Notes under the pieces: model-generated
Database searches by the model: none
Seen by the model: the letters and a program-made list of their open reading frames with translations, nothing else
What the model was told of the DNA's origin: nothing
Made by a program: the position numbers and the translations under genes
In this document: positions 45,683 through 60,074 of the stretch, piece after piece
Position numbering within the stretch: position 1 is the first letter of the stretch
Layout: the number at the start of each line of letters is the position of its first letter
Assembly (NCBI GenBank): GCA_964016885.1
Contig: OZ024743.1
Coordinates: forward strand, 247,194,001 to 247,258,000
Length of the DNA: 64,000 nucleotides
Reading direction: 5' to 3'
Source: Eledone cirrhosa
Lineage: Eukaryota

Positions 45683-46001
45683 AGTCATGGAAATGAAGGA
45701 AAATAGTTAACTGTCAGGTTTGAAAATGAAAATTTGTTTTACTGAACTTTATCTTTCCAGAGACATAATTGCTGGTCAGTTAATGTGTTGCACTCTACAA
45801 CACATCTTATGTGGTGGCATTGGGTATGACACTTTACTTACTTCAGTTTAATTTAGTTTTAATGTATGTCTAGATGATGAGTTAGCTGTGCAATGTTTTA
45901 CTAACAACTCACCAGGAGAGAGATCCTCAGGTTTCATTATCTTGTGTAAAGCATCAGATTTTGTTAACTTTGTTTATAAAATATTTTCTTTAATGATTTA
46001 T

Positions 46002-46210
46002 ATTGTTTGAGGAAAGTTAGTACAATTCAAATTAGAAATAAGAGTGAAAACTAGAGTAAAGTAAGAAAAACAAAATAAAGAAAAGGAAAGGAAGTGTGAT
46101 GTGGAGAAATGAGCAATATTTTACTGTTGTTTTGTTTTTCTTACTTTACTCTATTCTAGTCTTTACTCTTGTATATCTAATTTGCATTGTGCCAACTTTC
46201 CCAAAACAAT
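46002..46210. repeat. Imperfect inverted repeat (~75-bp arms), MITE-like
   Basis: attgtttgaggaaagttag...gtaaagtaagaaaaacaaaa versus tttgtttttcttactttac...ccaactttcccaaaacaat. Confidence 0.7.
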
Positions 46211-48035
46211 CATAACCACATATCTCAATATTATTCATGTAAATTATACAGCTTTACTTTCTTTGATATTAAGAACAAAAATTATAACCTTCATTTCCAA
46301 CTAACGAATATAACTGATGAACATAAGAAACTTTAAATTAGATAAGTATAATGATAAATCAAGCTGATTAGAAACAATAGGAATCATTTATATTTGGCAA
46401 TAGATATTACAGTTATATTTGAAGAAATCTGAAAATTAACACTTTTACAATGAAAAATAAGAGTATAATTCTATAAATGCAAATTAAAAGCAATTAGTAA
46501 GGAAGTGTCAAAGTTGAAGCATCAATCGGGTTATTTTTTTTATAGTATAATTAATTTTAAAAAAGGAAAAAAAACTGACAGAAATAAAAGTATAGTTTAC
46601 TACTTAAAAACTCGTGAATATTCTTACTATACATTCCAGAAACACTAATGTCAGCATACATTTTTAAAAAATAATATATAGGCAAGAAATTCCTAACAAG
46701 AAGAATATATATGTCAACACAGATAACTATAATAACCATCAATCTCTATAAATAATAGTTGAGAAAAATTCAGTAAAATACCTCTGGAGATAGAGAAAAA
46801 AATTGACAGAAGCACCCATGAGGAAGGTATCTATCCACTTTTACCCTGCACCACTGGGCACACTTTACCTCTTTTTTTTTTCAACTATTATCTATAGTGA
46901 TTGACTATTATTATAGTCATCTGCATTAGATGACTACATTTTAAGTTAACCAGAAGAATGTATGAAAGAGTCATTAAAGCACAAGATAAAATGCTTTGTA
47001 GCATTTGTTCCCATCAAGATTAACTTTGCCTTTCAAGGTCAATAAAATACAGTACCAGGTCAGGGTAGTGGATTAACAGAATTGTAAGAGCATCAAATAA
47101 GATGCCTCACAGTATTTGTTCTGGTTTAGCTGCAGCCTACCTGAATGATAGATTTAATCATTGCCTAGTTTAACACCATCACCTGGCCCTCGGGTGCTTT
47201 TCTCCTATTTAGTGAAGTCCACTCTGTTGCAAGCATTCAGATGAGTTTGAGGATACCTTCCTCACTCACTCTCTCCATTCAGGTTTGGAGGCTCTAAAAA
47301 CGCTCATGGATGCTGCCCTTGTTTAGGCCACAAATCAGTAAAAACAAATATTACTAACTAAAGTAATGGAACATATAAACAAATATATAAACCGTGTAAA
47401 TTATGTTAACTAGACTGAGTAACATAAGTTACTCTATATTACGGATGCAGTATTACACCAATAAAAGACACCAATTTCAAATTTCACTCTCATCTTTGGA
47501 TTGACAATAAAGCCATAGTTTGAATGCAGTTATGTCTCATTGAGTAAAAACTATTTTTTTTTAAATCAAAATACACAAACATTGCAAGTGAAAGACATTG
47601 ACTATCTCAACTGGCCATAGAGAGCCATGACAACTATTTCTGTCCCTAGTTAGTATATGTTTATGTAGAGAGATAGTGTGTGGGGAAGAGAGGGGGGTTA
47701 TATCCAAAGTTGGTAGATCACTCAGTACAAAGGACGATTTCGGAATAGGGTTAGTTCCATAATAAATTAACAAACCATAATTGAGAACACGCATTTCACT
47801 CAAAGGATTCTTCAACTCGTGTCTCAAGTATGGTTTGATAATTACTTGTGGAATTTATGTGTGTGTCTGTGTCTGTATATATATATGTATATATATATAT
47901 GTATAAGTAGTAAAGTGTACAACTGGATTGCATTCACAAGCAGTATGCCAAGATGAGCACTCAATGCTATTGGGGAACAGAGTATTTAATAATAATTAGA
48001 GCACAAAGAATCAGTGTTGCATCATATACATATTT

Positions 48036-48449
48036 AATCACATATTACATGTTTCACTGCCAATCAGCTCGAGGAACAATCGATTATGTTTGTTCCTGAC
48101 TCTAGAATCAAAAGCTCCTCGGATATATGGACATATCTGAGGAGTTTTTGATTCCAGAGTCAAGAATGAACATAATCGATTGTTCCTCGAGCTGACCAGC
48201 AGTGAAATGTGTAACATGTGATTGATTACGTATATGATCATATGTATATATATATATAACAAAGGAATTGTGGTAAGGAACCAGACGGACCATAACGCAC
48301 CAGAGTACTCAATACTTAGGGTAGTAGAGTGGGAAATAGGAAAAATATGACCCCGACGGCAGAGCTCAAGCCGTTTCAACGGCTATTTCTGGACTGAAAT
48401 AGCCGTCAAAACGGCTTGAGCTCTGCCGTCAGGATCATACTTTTTCCTA
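48036..48449. repeat. Double-hairpin palindromic element
   Basis: Hairpin 1 at 48036-48223 (~90-bp arms) and hairpin 2 at 48337-48449 (~53-bp arms). Confidence 0.85.
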
Positions 48450-50640
48450 AATATATATATATAATCATCATCATCATCGTTTAACATCCATTTTTTCCAC
48501 ATAACCATGGGATAGACGGATTGTCCCATTTGAGGCAAGATGTGTCAGGTAACCATGTCTTGCTCACACAGAACTATAATGTCCACAGTTAAAAGAATGG
48601 GGGAGACTACAAAACAAGGTAGTACTCAATGCATGATGAGATGCAAAGTATATATAGTAAAGAAGTAAAATCCCAACAACGTTGGGATTTTACGTCTTTA
48701 CTATATGTGTGTGTATACATATTTACACACACATATATATTATTATTACACTCTGCTTAGTACTACACCTCTATACTTACTGGAAACTACGCTCTATTGC
48801 TGACTATGGGGAACCTACAGTAACTGGATATTACAATCCATATATAACACCCTTCCAACTAACTTTCCATACGAGATGAATGAAACAACAATTACAGAAC
48901 CATACATTGCCTCTATTTAGCTCAGTGACATCTCCATTGTAATTTGCTTGTATAAATTTAAATTCTCCATTTATGTGAACTTGAAACCAAAGCTATCTTT
49001 TGCTTACAGTAACTGCTATTTAACCCCTAAGAGACAATTAGCTTACTCAGTATTTTGTCACATGAAAAACAAACAAGATGTAGAGTAACAGGATACCAAC
49101 AGCTATTTCCTTTGACACATAGTTGATTAGTAAGCAAGAAGGAACTTCAGTTGATTGGCTTTAAGGTGATTTCATGATAGAATACAAAATTAGACTGGAT
49201 GTATTACTTAAGATCTGGGTGCTTACAATTTTTAGTTTTAAGTTTAACATTATAGGTTAGTTCAAAACACTGAAACTTGTCAGTAATTATGGAAAAATAA
49301 ATGATTATAAATTAAGTTAGATAAGAGTATAATAAATTGAATAAGAGTGAAATAAATTGAAGGGAAAAAATAATAACAGAGAAGAGAGATAGAAAACATG
49401 GGGTATTGGAATTAGTAGCATACTATAAGTCTCCACTTGTGACATGGCTGAATGCATGGTTCATGCAGTTGAGAAAAGTTTATTTTAAATAGTATTTAAA
49501 ATGTTAAAGAAATTATTTAATTAGAAAAATAGAGTTTCAACTAAAATAGAGACCAAAAGTATAACCATATGTATCTAGACTTGTAGGTATAATTTGAAAT
49601 GTGGGCCGTACTCTTTTTTCAATAAACATATGATAAAATGCACCCAGTACACACTGCAATGCGGTAATGCTGGTGCCATGATCAAATGCATCCAGTACAC
49701 TCTGTAAAGTGGTTCACATTAGAAAGGGCCTCCAACCATAGAAACTATGCCAAAATATGGAACATATGAGTTAGACATGGTTCTATTAACTTGTCAAGTC
49801 TTGGACCATGATGATCCATCCAACTAATGTAAGCATGAGAAACAAACATAAAATGATGATGATGATGATGATAATGATGATACAATTTTAGACTCATTGT
49901 GAAAAGTAAAGAGTGGTTCACCCACAGATTTTATTTCTCTGTGGAAAGAAAATGTCTTTTTATCCATTCATTAGAGAAAGAATACTCATCTTCTAACTCC
50001 GTAACTATTGTTTATACAAAGTAGGACTAGTTACAGCTGTGAACACAGTACAGCTAAATGGGTAAGAAGTTTAATTTGTAATCATTAAATCCCAGTTTAC
50101 CTGAGTCGGAGTTTGTATGCACTATAAATAGCTATATACTATTAATCGCTCTGTAGGCAGAAGATAGATATTCTTTCTATGATAAAAGTCGAAGATAATA
50201 GTTCTCTAATTCATATTCCTCCCCTTGCAATCCCAGGTTTCCTCTCCATTTTGAACTGTCATCTAGTAATTTTTCACCCAAGTTCCATATTAATATAAGA
50301 CAAGTGCCTCTCGTTTGAGAACCACTGGTATAAGACTACAGTATTTGTATTTCTAAGTGAGCACATTTCCTTTAAATGTAATCGATCTAGATGGAGAATA
50401 TGATGCTATGGCAAAAACAACAACAAAAAATTTCTTTTTCAATCACATTAACTCAAACAATCACAGTAATTTCCCTAATATGACTTGCTTAAATCCAAAA
50501 GAATGTATAACTAAAATCATTGTCTAAAGGTTTTTTGAGGCACTGTGCAGTACTTAATTATTTAAGAAGTAAACAGCTTGTTCTCTAAATTGTTTTAAGC
50601 AACATTAAGTGGATGGGAAACATCTTTTCTGATCAGCTCA

Positions 50641-50674
50641 AAGATTATGATCAATTATAATTGATCATAATCTT
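50641..50674. repeat. Perfect 34-bp palindrome
   Basis: aagattatgatcaattataattgatcataatctt. Confidence 0.9.
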
Positions 50675-52380
50675 AGAGTATATATTTAAACCCAGCAGAG
50701 CCCATCTCCTCTCGAAGTCTGAACACAGCTAATTTTCTCCAGAGGAGAGAGAGACTGAAAAAAAAAGGAAGTGAAAAAGACAGGTAGAGAAAGAAGAAAG
50801 GTGAAGTTGATGCCAGTGGGATTTGAACTCAAGAGTGTAATGAGCTGGAATGAATGCTGCAAAGCATTCTATCTGACATCCTAACAACTCTGCCAATTTG
50901 CTGCCTATTTTATCACACTATACAAGGCCCTTATTCAATACAAAGGCATTAATTTGAAGATTTCAAACAGGCTATAAATAAACAGAAAAATGAGAAGTAA
51001 TGCTCATAGGTGGTAGATGCAATGAAAGTGTTGGTGATATGCATATCTACAATATCAATCACTATGCAAAAGATAAATGAGTATTTTGCCTCACTGCTTG
51101 ACTGATGAAAACTTATAATTAATTAGGCAATTTCACATTGCTGACATTACAAACAATGTCATGATGCTTTTGATGTTGTAAATCTCTATGTTAATTTCAT
51201 ATTGAAATCACTATTCTTACATTCAAGTCGTAAAGTTTCATTTTGAAATCATTAATCTCTTTACTTTGAAGTCAGATATGCTCTAGTACTGTATAAAAAT
51301 CAAATGTCCCATTTTTTCCACCCAGAAAAGCAGATAAAATCTGCTGTGTAACCAGTTGACTTTTCACAGCAAGGTTAAAATCATATGTTTATTGAAAAAA
51401 TTACACTGTACATTTCAAATTCTCAACAAAAAAATTATATATGTATATCATTATCATTTAATATCCACTTCACGCACGCACACACACATATGCCATGTAA
51501 TGCACCATAAATAATTGGTTTATATGTGTGTCTGGAATGAAGGAGAGTTTTATATGAAATTAAATTATTGAGGTTGCAATCATACAATGAAAATAAATAT
51601 TCTAAAACCAATATCAAATACTACTCACAAAGAATTTGATTTAAAAAAATATTGAACTGAAATCATCATGAATTAATCATCTGGTAAGGCTTGCTCAGAT
51701 TATTTCAAATATTCTAGTAGTTTAATGAAATCAAACTTATGGTCACCAAGTCTAGATATGCAATATACTTTGGGAACTTGACTTCAGAGTTTCCTCTGTC
51801 CAGCATCATGTCAATGTTGCCATTGGTTAATATATGACTCTTACACTGAGATCGAATATCCACCATGCTGCTCCCCATTGGGTTTACCTATAACTTTAGG
51901 TTGGGTGCCATGCCTTGCCAGAGGACAGCCCGTTTTGGGTCCTAGTTGGCATATTTCTATGTTTGCTACTAATATAGAGTGGTTGTTCCCCTATCCACCA
52001 TTTGAGAATCTCCTGGATAAGGGGTTCTCTCAGGTCCTAGAGCTCTGCGTGTGAAAATCCACAGATCTGGGGCCTTTTGTATCATGAAATACAGAAGAGA
52101 AAATATGGCTTTCTATTCAAAGAACATGTGACCTGTTGCATTCTGGGTATCCATAAGTTGGTTTAAGTTTATTTATAATTTAAAAAAAAAAAAAAATCAA
52201 AAACTTTGTGGGGAGTACATCTTAATATTGGATTTAGAATATCTAAGTTTGTATTCTTTTACTAGCTTCAGCCACCCAGCTCTGGCCATGCTGCATTTTT
52301 CACCTAATTAACTATATGATTTGTGTTGCATTGTTACAATCTGAAATAATTAACAAATATTTTAAATGAAAAGATTATTG

Positions 52381-52645
52381 TATATACTCATGTAAAAGTC
52401 GCACCAGTCAGATAAGTCTATTTTACATACAACTGGTTTTTCATGTATTTATGTGGAAAATGGCGCGTGTCTTAGTGTATAAGTCACATGTGGATAAGTC
52501 ATACTTCCCATTTTACATACAACAACATTTACAATGAGCTATTTGTTTTAAATTGAAGTTTTGTAGGATCAGTAGATAACTTACATGCTGGTTTTTACCT
52601 GTCATATTTATGTAGGAAGAGGTATGACATATACATGAGTATATA
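52381..52645. mobile_element. TIR MITE (Tc1/mariner-pogo-like)
   Basis: tatatactcatgtaaaagtc ... gacatatacatgagtatata terminal inverted repeats. Confidence 0.55.
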
Positions 52646-53162
52646 AAGTAGCTAATTATTGGTTAAGTTTGGAAGAATCTTTCTGACCATCCAAAGTAGC
52701 TTTCTTGTTAGGTGAAAAAAAAAAAAATGTATATTATATTAAACAATATATTACATAAAATAATTCATTACTTCCTTTGTCATACTATACTTTTCAGAAT
52801 CACAATTAAAATAATTATAAATTATATATTAGAGAAACAATTAATAAGGGATGTTAATTAGGAAGGCATATCCATACATATTAACAATTAATTAAAGAAA
52901 CCAATAATTAATTAGAGCGCATTGTTTATCGAACAATATAATCACAAAAACATTTAATAAAAGATTTTTTTTAATTTTAATTAGTATACAGATAAGTATG
53001 AGATTTAGGACTTCAATATTTCATTTGGCAACAATGAAAAACAAAGAGATATTAATTTTTTAGGAAAAAAACTGTGTGTGTGCAGACATATACTTATATG
53101 AGTCATTATACCAGGAATTTTTCCAATCACTTTTGATTTAATTATCTTTATGATTATTATTT

Positions 53163-53385
53163 AGGGTAGTAGATTAGCAGAATAGTTAGGGTATTGGATT
53201 AAATGTTTTGCAGCATGTTCTGACATTTTACATTTTGAGTTCAAATCCTGCCGAGGCCAACTTTGCCTTACATCATCCCAGAGTGAATAAAATGAAGTAA
53301 GTCAAGTGTGGGGGTTAATATAATCAACTTTCTCCTCCCCATCAAAAAATTCTGGCCTCATGCCTAAAATAAAAACCATTATTAT
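53163..53385 (+). mobile_element. tRNA-derived SINE
   Basis: A-box-like tagcagaatagt, B box gagttcaaatcc, body actttgccttacatc, (ATT)n tail. Confidence 0.75.
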
Positions 53386-55662
53386 TATTTAACTTTATTC
53401 TATAAAAGACATTCTAGAAAGAACTGTCTGTAAGTAAGTAGTGTTTGTCGTTTATAGTTTGTTTTGTTTTTGTTTTTTTTTGCTATGGCACAATATCCTT
53501 TTGATAAGGTGGTGGGTGAATGAAACAATCAGGTTCATATTTTGTTAACACTTGAAGCCTGAAAGACAAAATTAACTTCAGTAAAATATCAACTCAATAA
53601 AACTAAGTAATGTCTAAACCTTTGAATGAATTGCAGAACAAGCTCACCAGTTTAGAGGGAAAAAATCCAAAATAAAGAAACCAATTTCAAACAAATTAGT
53701 AAAAGTAATTAAAGAGTAATTTGGGCTGGTTATGAAGAATAAAATTTGGGCAGGAGGCAAGCAATGAGCATCAGTTAGTTGAATTAAGCAATATCTAAAT
53801 AAACAGAATTCAGCATTTAATAACTGAATTACAAGCATTGAATTTTAGTAAAATGTGAGGACAAATGTCCATGGAATTTTAGCTCAGAAATGGTGAACTT
53901 ACTAATCATATATAATTTTTCATAACTTAAATGAAAGTAATAACTTTCCATAATATGCAAGACCCCAATAGTTAAATAGTATGGCCATTATTACAGCATA
54001 GAGAATATAAACAGTTTTAGATTTAATCAAGCAACTTGCAAGAACACTTGTAAATAAAAAATAACTCATGTTAAACAGACAAGAGAAGAGAGAAGAGAGT
54101 GAAAGATAAATAAAGGATAAAAGTATCAAAGGATATAGAGGAAAAGATAAACAACCAGGCACTGAATGACTGATTCCTCATACACCTGACTGCTAATTTT
54201 CTCTGCTAAATCGAACTAGGGCATCTTGCCTAAGGAAGGAGTTCCACAAGGTGGAGAGGCTGTGGGTATGTAGTGGGTATGGCTTTTGCCATCTTGTCTG
54301 CATGGCACAGCTAAGATATGTTGTCCACCCCACCTCCCATTTCTCTTTTTTCTTTATTTTTGTCATAGTATTATAAATATATAAGTTCTATATACAGTAA
54401 TGTCATATTTACAATTTAGTTTTTCTTTTTTTTCTTTTTGTAAAAATAGATATATTAATAGATTATTAAAGAGTTAAAAGTGAATTAAAGGTTTGCACAA
54501 TCTCAGCTACACTTATTGTACATAAGTTATAAATCCTTTTGTTCCCTTTAAGCAGTAAATGATTGAATTTAGACCAGCAACGAAGATCGTTTACCTTACA
54601 TGAAAAACAAAATTTGAAGGTTTAAAGGAATGAGAATTACTATATAATTCCCAGATATTATAGCTTCAATTATCTTCAACATCATCCAAACAATCTCAGT
54701 ATTTATATTGCATTGTGAGAAAAACTTGCCATAAACTTTCCAATATCCTAACTGGAACGAAGGCAACTGACATAAAAAAAAGGAAACCACTTGCAAATAA
54801 AGATCCTCTAAAACCTCAGCCTTCACTTATATTTGTGGTACATGAAGAAAATGCTTCATTTGGATTGGCTTAGCTAATTGTGTCCAAACACATCATCATT
54901 TTACACTGCTTCTCCATGCCGACATGGGTTGGACTTTACAGTGTGTTGGGTGCATTTTATTGTGGCACCAACACTAGATAGGTTGTCTTGTCCTTGAAGC
55001 AACTAAAGTGCCCTCTCTATCCCTTTTTAGGCATGGTATTCCTGGCTAGATGCCCATCGTAGCATCAACCACTTTGCTGAGTGTATTGGGTGCATTTTAT
55101 CATGGCACCAAAACTGTTATGTCCTTGACATAATTAGAAGTCTTTTCCATTGATAATTACTTGAGGGTACTAACATCACATACAACAGTCAAATAATTTT
55201 AACAAGCATTAAGCAAATGCTGTAGAGGTAAGCTCCAAATCAATGAAGTTTGCAATCTAATTTTTTTGTTTCTGAGTGAGCCATTTCACTTTCCCAAGAG
55301 ACATTAGTAATGCAAGTTGAGTGTCATGCCTTACTGTTTCTCTCCCGTAAAAATTCTTAGGCTTTATCTTCATCATTCTTGTCTATTTTTCTATGCTGGT
55401 ATGAATTGGATGAAACTTTTTGAGGCAGTATTCTACAGACTGATGCTCTTCCTGATGCCAATCCTGACATATCTTTAAGCATGGTAATACTAATTCCAAG
55501 GGGGCATATTGACAGAGTGGATAGAACATCAAGTAGAATGCTTTAAATTAACTTTGCTTTTTAACTTTTCTAGGTCAATAAAAATAGTACCAGTTCAGTA
55601 GAGGTCAATTCTTCCCCCACCTCCCTGTCCTCTGTAAGAAATGTAATATGTGTGTGTGTGTG

Positions 55663-55695
<33 letters not shown>

Positions 55696-55699
<4 letters not shown>

Positions 55700-56175
55700 G
55701 TAACTTTGAAGAAATAACAGATAAATGTCACAGTCTTTCCTCTTAGCCTGTAGAAATTAACTAGACAAATAATCAATTAAACGGAGCTAAGTCTAAAATG
55801 CAAGTTTGAAGAAAAAATGTATATAAACTTTACCAAAGTTCTTCTAGTCCCGACTATCGATGGTTTCGCTCGTACCTTGTGGATATGTCCAATCCTCGTA
55901 TTATCCATATACATTTTTTCTTCAAACTTACATTTTAGACTTAGCTCCGTTTAATTGATTATTTGTCTAGTTAATTTCTACGGGCTAAGAGGAAAGACTA
56001 GGTAAATTTTATCTGACTGTTCCTCACAGAGGATAGTCTGTGACATTTATCTGTTATTTCTTCAAAGTTACCTTTTAAACTTAGCTCCATTTAAATGATT
56101 ATTTATCTGGTTAATTTCTATGGACTAAGGAGAAGAAAAATTGGATATATTGCATCTGACTGTTCTTCAAACTTA
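55696..56175. repeat. Foldback element: ~125-bp inverted arms plus an extra degenerate unit
   Basis: 55696-55824 is the reverse complement of 55907-56075 (with a ~40-bp insertion in the right arm); 56078-56175 repeats part of the right arm. Confidence 0.8.
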
Positions 56176-57027
56176 TAATTTTATATAGCTCTGATTAATA
56201 ATTATTTTTTCATAGAGCCACACTGTGGAAGGTAGCCACACTCATATATGTATCTGTGACTATGTCTAAATATATACATATATACACAATGGGCTTCTAC
56301 ACATTTTCCGTCTACCCCAAAATTCTCTCATAAGGCATTGGTCAGTCCAATGTACTATGCAGTGAAATTGAAACTAAAACCACATAGCTGTGAAACAAAC
56401 ATTTTAACCTTATAGCCATGCCTGCACCTTCATGCATGAAACAATTTATCTTGAAGTGTAACAAAAAAAAAATATTTTTAAAGACTACAAAAATTATTTA
56501 CAGAGTTATTTACATGCAGACTATTAAAAGATTCAACAGAAAAAGTAGTAATTACGGAATGACCTTAAGTAAATCCAGTTACCATTTAAAGCTATATTTA
56601 TTGCACCATTCAGTAATCATAATATAATAAAGGGAAGTATGCGGGACTGTGTCCTAAATATATTTTTTTATCCTGTTAGTTGGATTACTTTGAATAGATA
56701 ATGAATGAATATTACATAATTTATGTACTAAATTTCGTAGCTGTTGATTAAACATAAATATCCTTATATATGATTGCTTATTTCAAGATTCACTTCTTTT
56801 AAAATTTTCAAATGTCAATACTTCCGGTTATGATATAACAGACACTATATCACATATCGCTTATATTCATATATTTGCATCGTTATATCATAACAGTTAT
56901 ATTTCTGTCGCTAATTTTCTCCATTTTCATTTTCATTACATTTCACCGTAATGCAGTTTATATATATCTCCTTTTTTTTAATGTATCACGGATTACTTTA
57001 CTAATTACAGAAGATAGTGTAACACAG

Positions 57028-57300
57028 TCATCATCATCATCACCATTTTACGTCTGTTCTTCCACGCTAGCATGGGTTAGACGGGTTGTCCTGTTGTGGG
57101 CAGTGTCCGGTCGGCTGACCTTGTTTTGTTAATATGGGAACTGATTCTGGCTCGATTTCTACAGCTGGATGCCCTTCCTAACACCAACCTCATTTACAGT
57201 GAGTGCTGGGTGCTTTTTTTCCATCGCATCTACACGTCCACTTTACAGTGTGGGCTGGGTGCTTTTTTGCCATGGCACCTCCACGACCATTTTGCAGTGG
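57028..57300 (-). mobile_element. RTE family B 3' UTR fragment outside the TA nest
   Basis: Reverse complement of ~28230-28499 with (CAT)n. Confidence 0.85.
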
Positions 57301-57334
57301 AATGATAGGGACCCCCCGTCCTATCATCTCATTT

Positions 57335-57460
57335 CTACAGCTGAGTAAACTGGGGCAATGTGAAATAAAGTGTCTTGCTCAAGGAAACAACACATCACCC
57401 GGTCCAAGAATTGAACTCACAACATTTCGATTGCAAGCCCAATGCTCTAACCACTAAGCC
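57335..57460 (-). mobile_element. CORE-type tRNA SINE fragment
   Basis: tgaaataaagtgtcttgctcaagga...aattgaactc...tctaaccactaagcc; related pieces near 44785, 58885 and 63765. Confidence 0.65.
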
Positions 57461-58479
57461 TTCAATTTCTGTGCATATTGTCAATTACGATTTTATTTGA
57501 TGTATCATATCTACATGCATGTATATTTGCATATAATATCAATATGCACACTACACATGCTAGCAGAAAACCAGCCGAAGGGTGGTTTTCTGCTAGTATT
57601 CATAATTATTGGTTCAAATCTTACACAAGGCACTATAAGTGTGTTGACTGCTTTCTTTATAATATCAAAATCTCATAGATCCAATATTATATGAGATAAA
57701 GCTTTTACTACGAAAATACAATAGTATAGAGTAATGTAAATGCTAAAGGGTTAAGCCTTTTGAAATTAAGTATAAACATTTAAAATAGCCATGTTTTAAC
57801 ATACATGTTTTGAATACAGAATGTTACTTGAAAATGGCAATAGTTGATCTAGAATGTGTTATTACTTCAGTAGTTACATCTGTGAAAGACACCATTAGCC
57901 AAGCTTGACACCTAATTTTATGATGAATTGTGCATTGCAAGTAAACCTTATCTCTACAAGTTAACAAGTCACTCAGCCTGCTAAAAGTAGCAGCCAGATC
58001 TCCCTTAAATCATGTCCTACAGGATGTAAAATAAAAAGTTATACTGGATAATGTAGTCTAAGATACAATAAGCCTTCAAATCTGAAAGAATCAGTATGGT
58101 TTGAATACCTTTTGATCATATGTCTGTTACCCTGGAGCTAACAATTTTATCCTTAACCCACAACAAATTATAGGTTACTTGTAGAAGAGTGGTCTCAGTG
58201 ACTATGCTGAGTATGATCAGCAAATGAAGCACAAAGAACAAGCAGCAAGGAAAATTCTGCTTAAGCACACCTATCACATTGGCTGTTTCCAAGCCTACAT
58301 ATCCAGCTCATTCAGCATACCTAGCATGTAGGTCAACAGTTGACTGCATTAATTGGTCAGCATACCACACAAGGCCAATGCATCACCAGTAAGTGCATGT
58401 TATTAAAAGGTTGTTGTTTTTTTTATTTTACATTTGCAGTCCCTTCCATGCTATAAGGATTGATGTAGTTGGTGTCCAG

Positions 58480-59720
58480 CTTCAATTTTTGTTGATTCCT
58501 ATGAGGAAATTTTGAATTAAGAGCGAGTTCCAAAGGGATACAGATCTGTAGATAAAAGTCTGGGTAGTGTGGGATATTGGTGGTGAAACAAACGTGGGAT
58601 GACAGGAGAAGAAAGGTGGTACACAGAAACCATTGTAAATAGAAAAAACAGTATGTTGGTAATTGTCACTTATTGATTTGCCAATCAATCACATAACTCT
58701 TGGGGCTAGGGGGAGTACAGTCTTGGATGTTTCTATGTGTAATACTGCTCTATGTCGTGAGTTATAATTTTATGTCTCTTTTCTATGCCTGCATAGGTTG
58801 GATAAAACCTAGAGCTTATCTTGGTTTCATGGATGTTAAGCAACAGGATGGGATGCTAGTCCATCGCAGTGAACTAGAGCAGCATGAAATGAATTACCTT
58901 GCTCAAGGACAATGCATCACCTGATTTGGGAATCAATTTGACAATCTAATGATTCCCATAGACTCTAGGCTGTGTGCCTTCACCATCACTACATACCTCT
59001 AAATGTGTGCAATACTCTAATTTGAGGTACACTAGACTCTTTATAAGGTCATCAGTTGTACAGAGCTGAAGTATTTTCTGGGTTTTTCTGGTGTAGTTTG
59101 GGCTATATCATTAACATGCAGTTGACATGAGAAGTTACAGAGATTGTGAGGATAAGGTTGGAGATAATTACAGTTGAAAAATGGTTCAGGAGTAGAAAGG
59201 GCATAGTGTTATGCATTTCTTTGAGCTGTATAATGACTGTGTTTTGGGGTTGTTGAATTAAACGAAGTTGTCATGTTCTCTTTGTGCAACTCTATGTTAG
59301 TTGATGTGAGGTGCCCATGTGGCATTTTCTTTTTATGACTTAGTCAAAGAAAAAGAGGGCATCATGCGAATAAGGTCATTGAGGAGTGAAAATAGGTAAC
59401 ATGTACATGGCAGTACATTTGGCTAGAAGTAACAAAGATATTGATATAAAGGAAGGAGGAAATAAGGGACAGAACTGAACCTTGAGGCATACCAAAATTA
59501 TTAAGGAAAATTAGAAAGAAAGAGGGCTGTTAACACATACTATGAGAGAGTCAGTCAGGAAATTTCCAATCTATCAGACGAAACATTGTGAAGTTCAAAA
59601 GCAGGCAATTTTGCAAGGATGGTTTTTTTTTGTTACTGACATGGTCAAAGACTATCAATGTTAAGTATAACATTGTCTGTTGTTTTCACTGAAATTCTCA
59701 AAAGCAAGAGAACTATATAT
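58480..59720 (-). pseudogene. Ancient degraded CR1/L2-type RT remnant
   Basis: Minus-strand GMPQGSVL at ~59470-59493; FIYRSVSLWNSL at ~58520-58560. Confidence 0.55.
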
Positions 59721-60074
59721 AATTTAGAACAATAGCTCTTCAACAGATATGGCCCATCAGAGGCTGTTCACTGCCAACTTAAATATGTGGTTCCTTTTTT
59801 TAAAGATATGTTTAAAGATAGACAGTTTGTTTTCCTTTAGTAAACATGACTGCAACATAAGTAGGCCAATTTCTATGTAAAGAAGCTTTATAGTTGTAAT
59901 TCATGGTAATATTTGCACAGGAAATGCAATGATTTTGACAATGGTCAATGCAAGTAAGTATCAAGTAGTTAGAAAGACTACTCTACAAGTATATATTCTA
60001 CCAGAGATACCAACCCGACAAAAATTGGCTTTATGAAACAAAACCAATCATTTAAAAGGGTTTTAATTTTAGAA

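Noticed and set aside
46314-46335. CTGATGA...GAAA hammerhead-like spacing
   Set aside because: No stem II or stem I pairing
50098-50290. Possible LPCAT exon ending at a GTAAAC donor
   Set aside because: Frames examined contain stops and no LPCAT motif
54596-54826. 76-aa minus-strand ORF near a GTAA donor-like site
   Set aside because: No similarity to expected LPCAT exons; looks like chance AT-rich ORF
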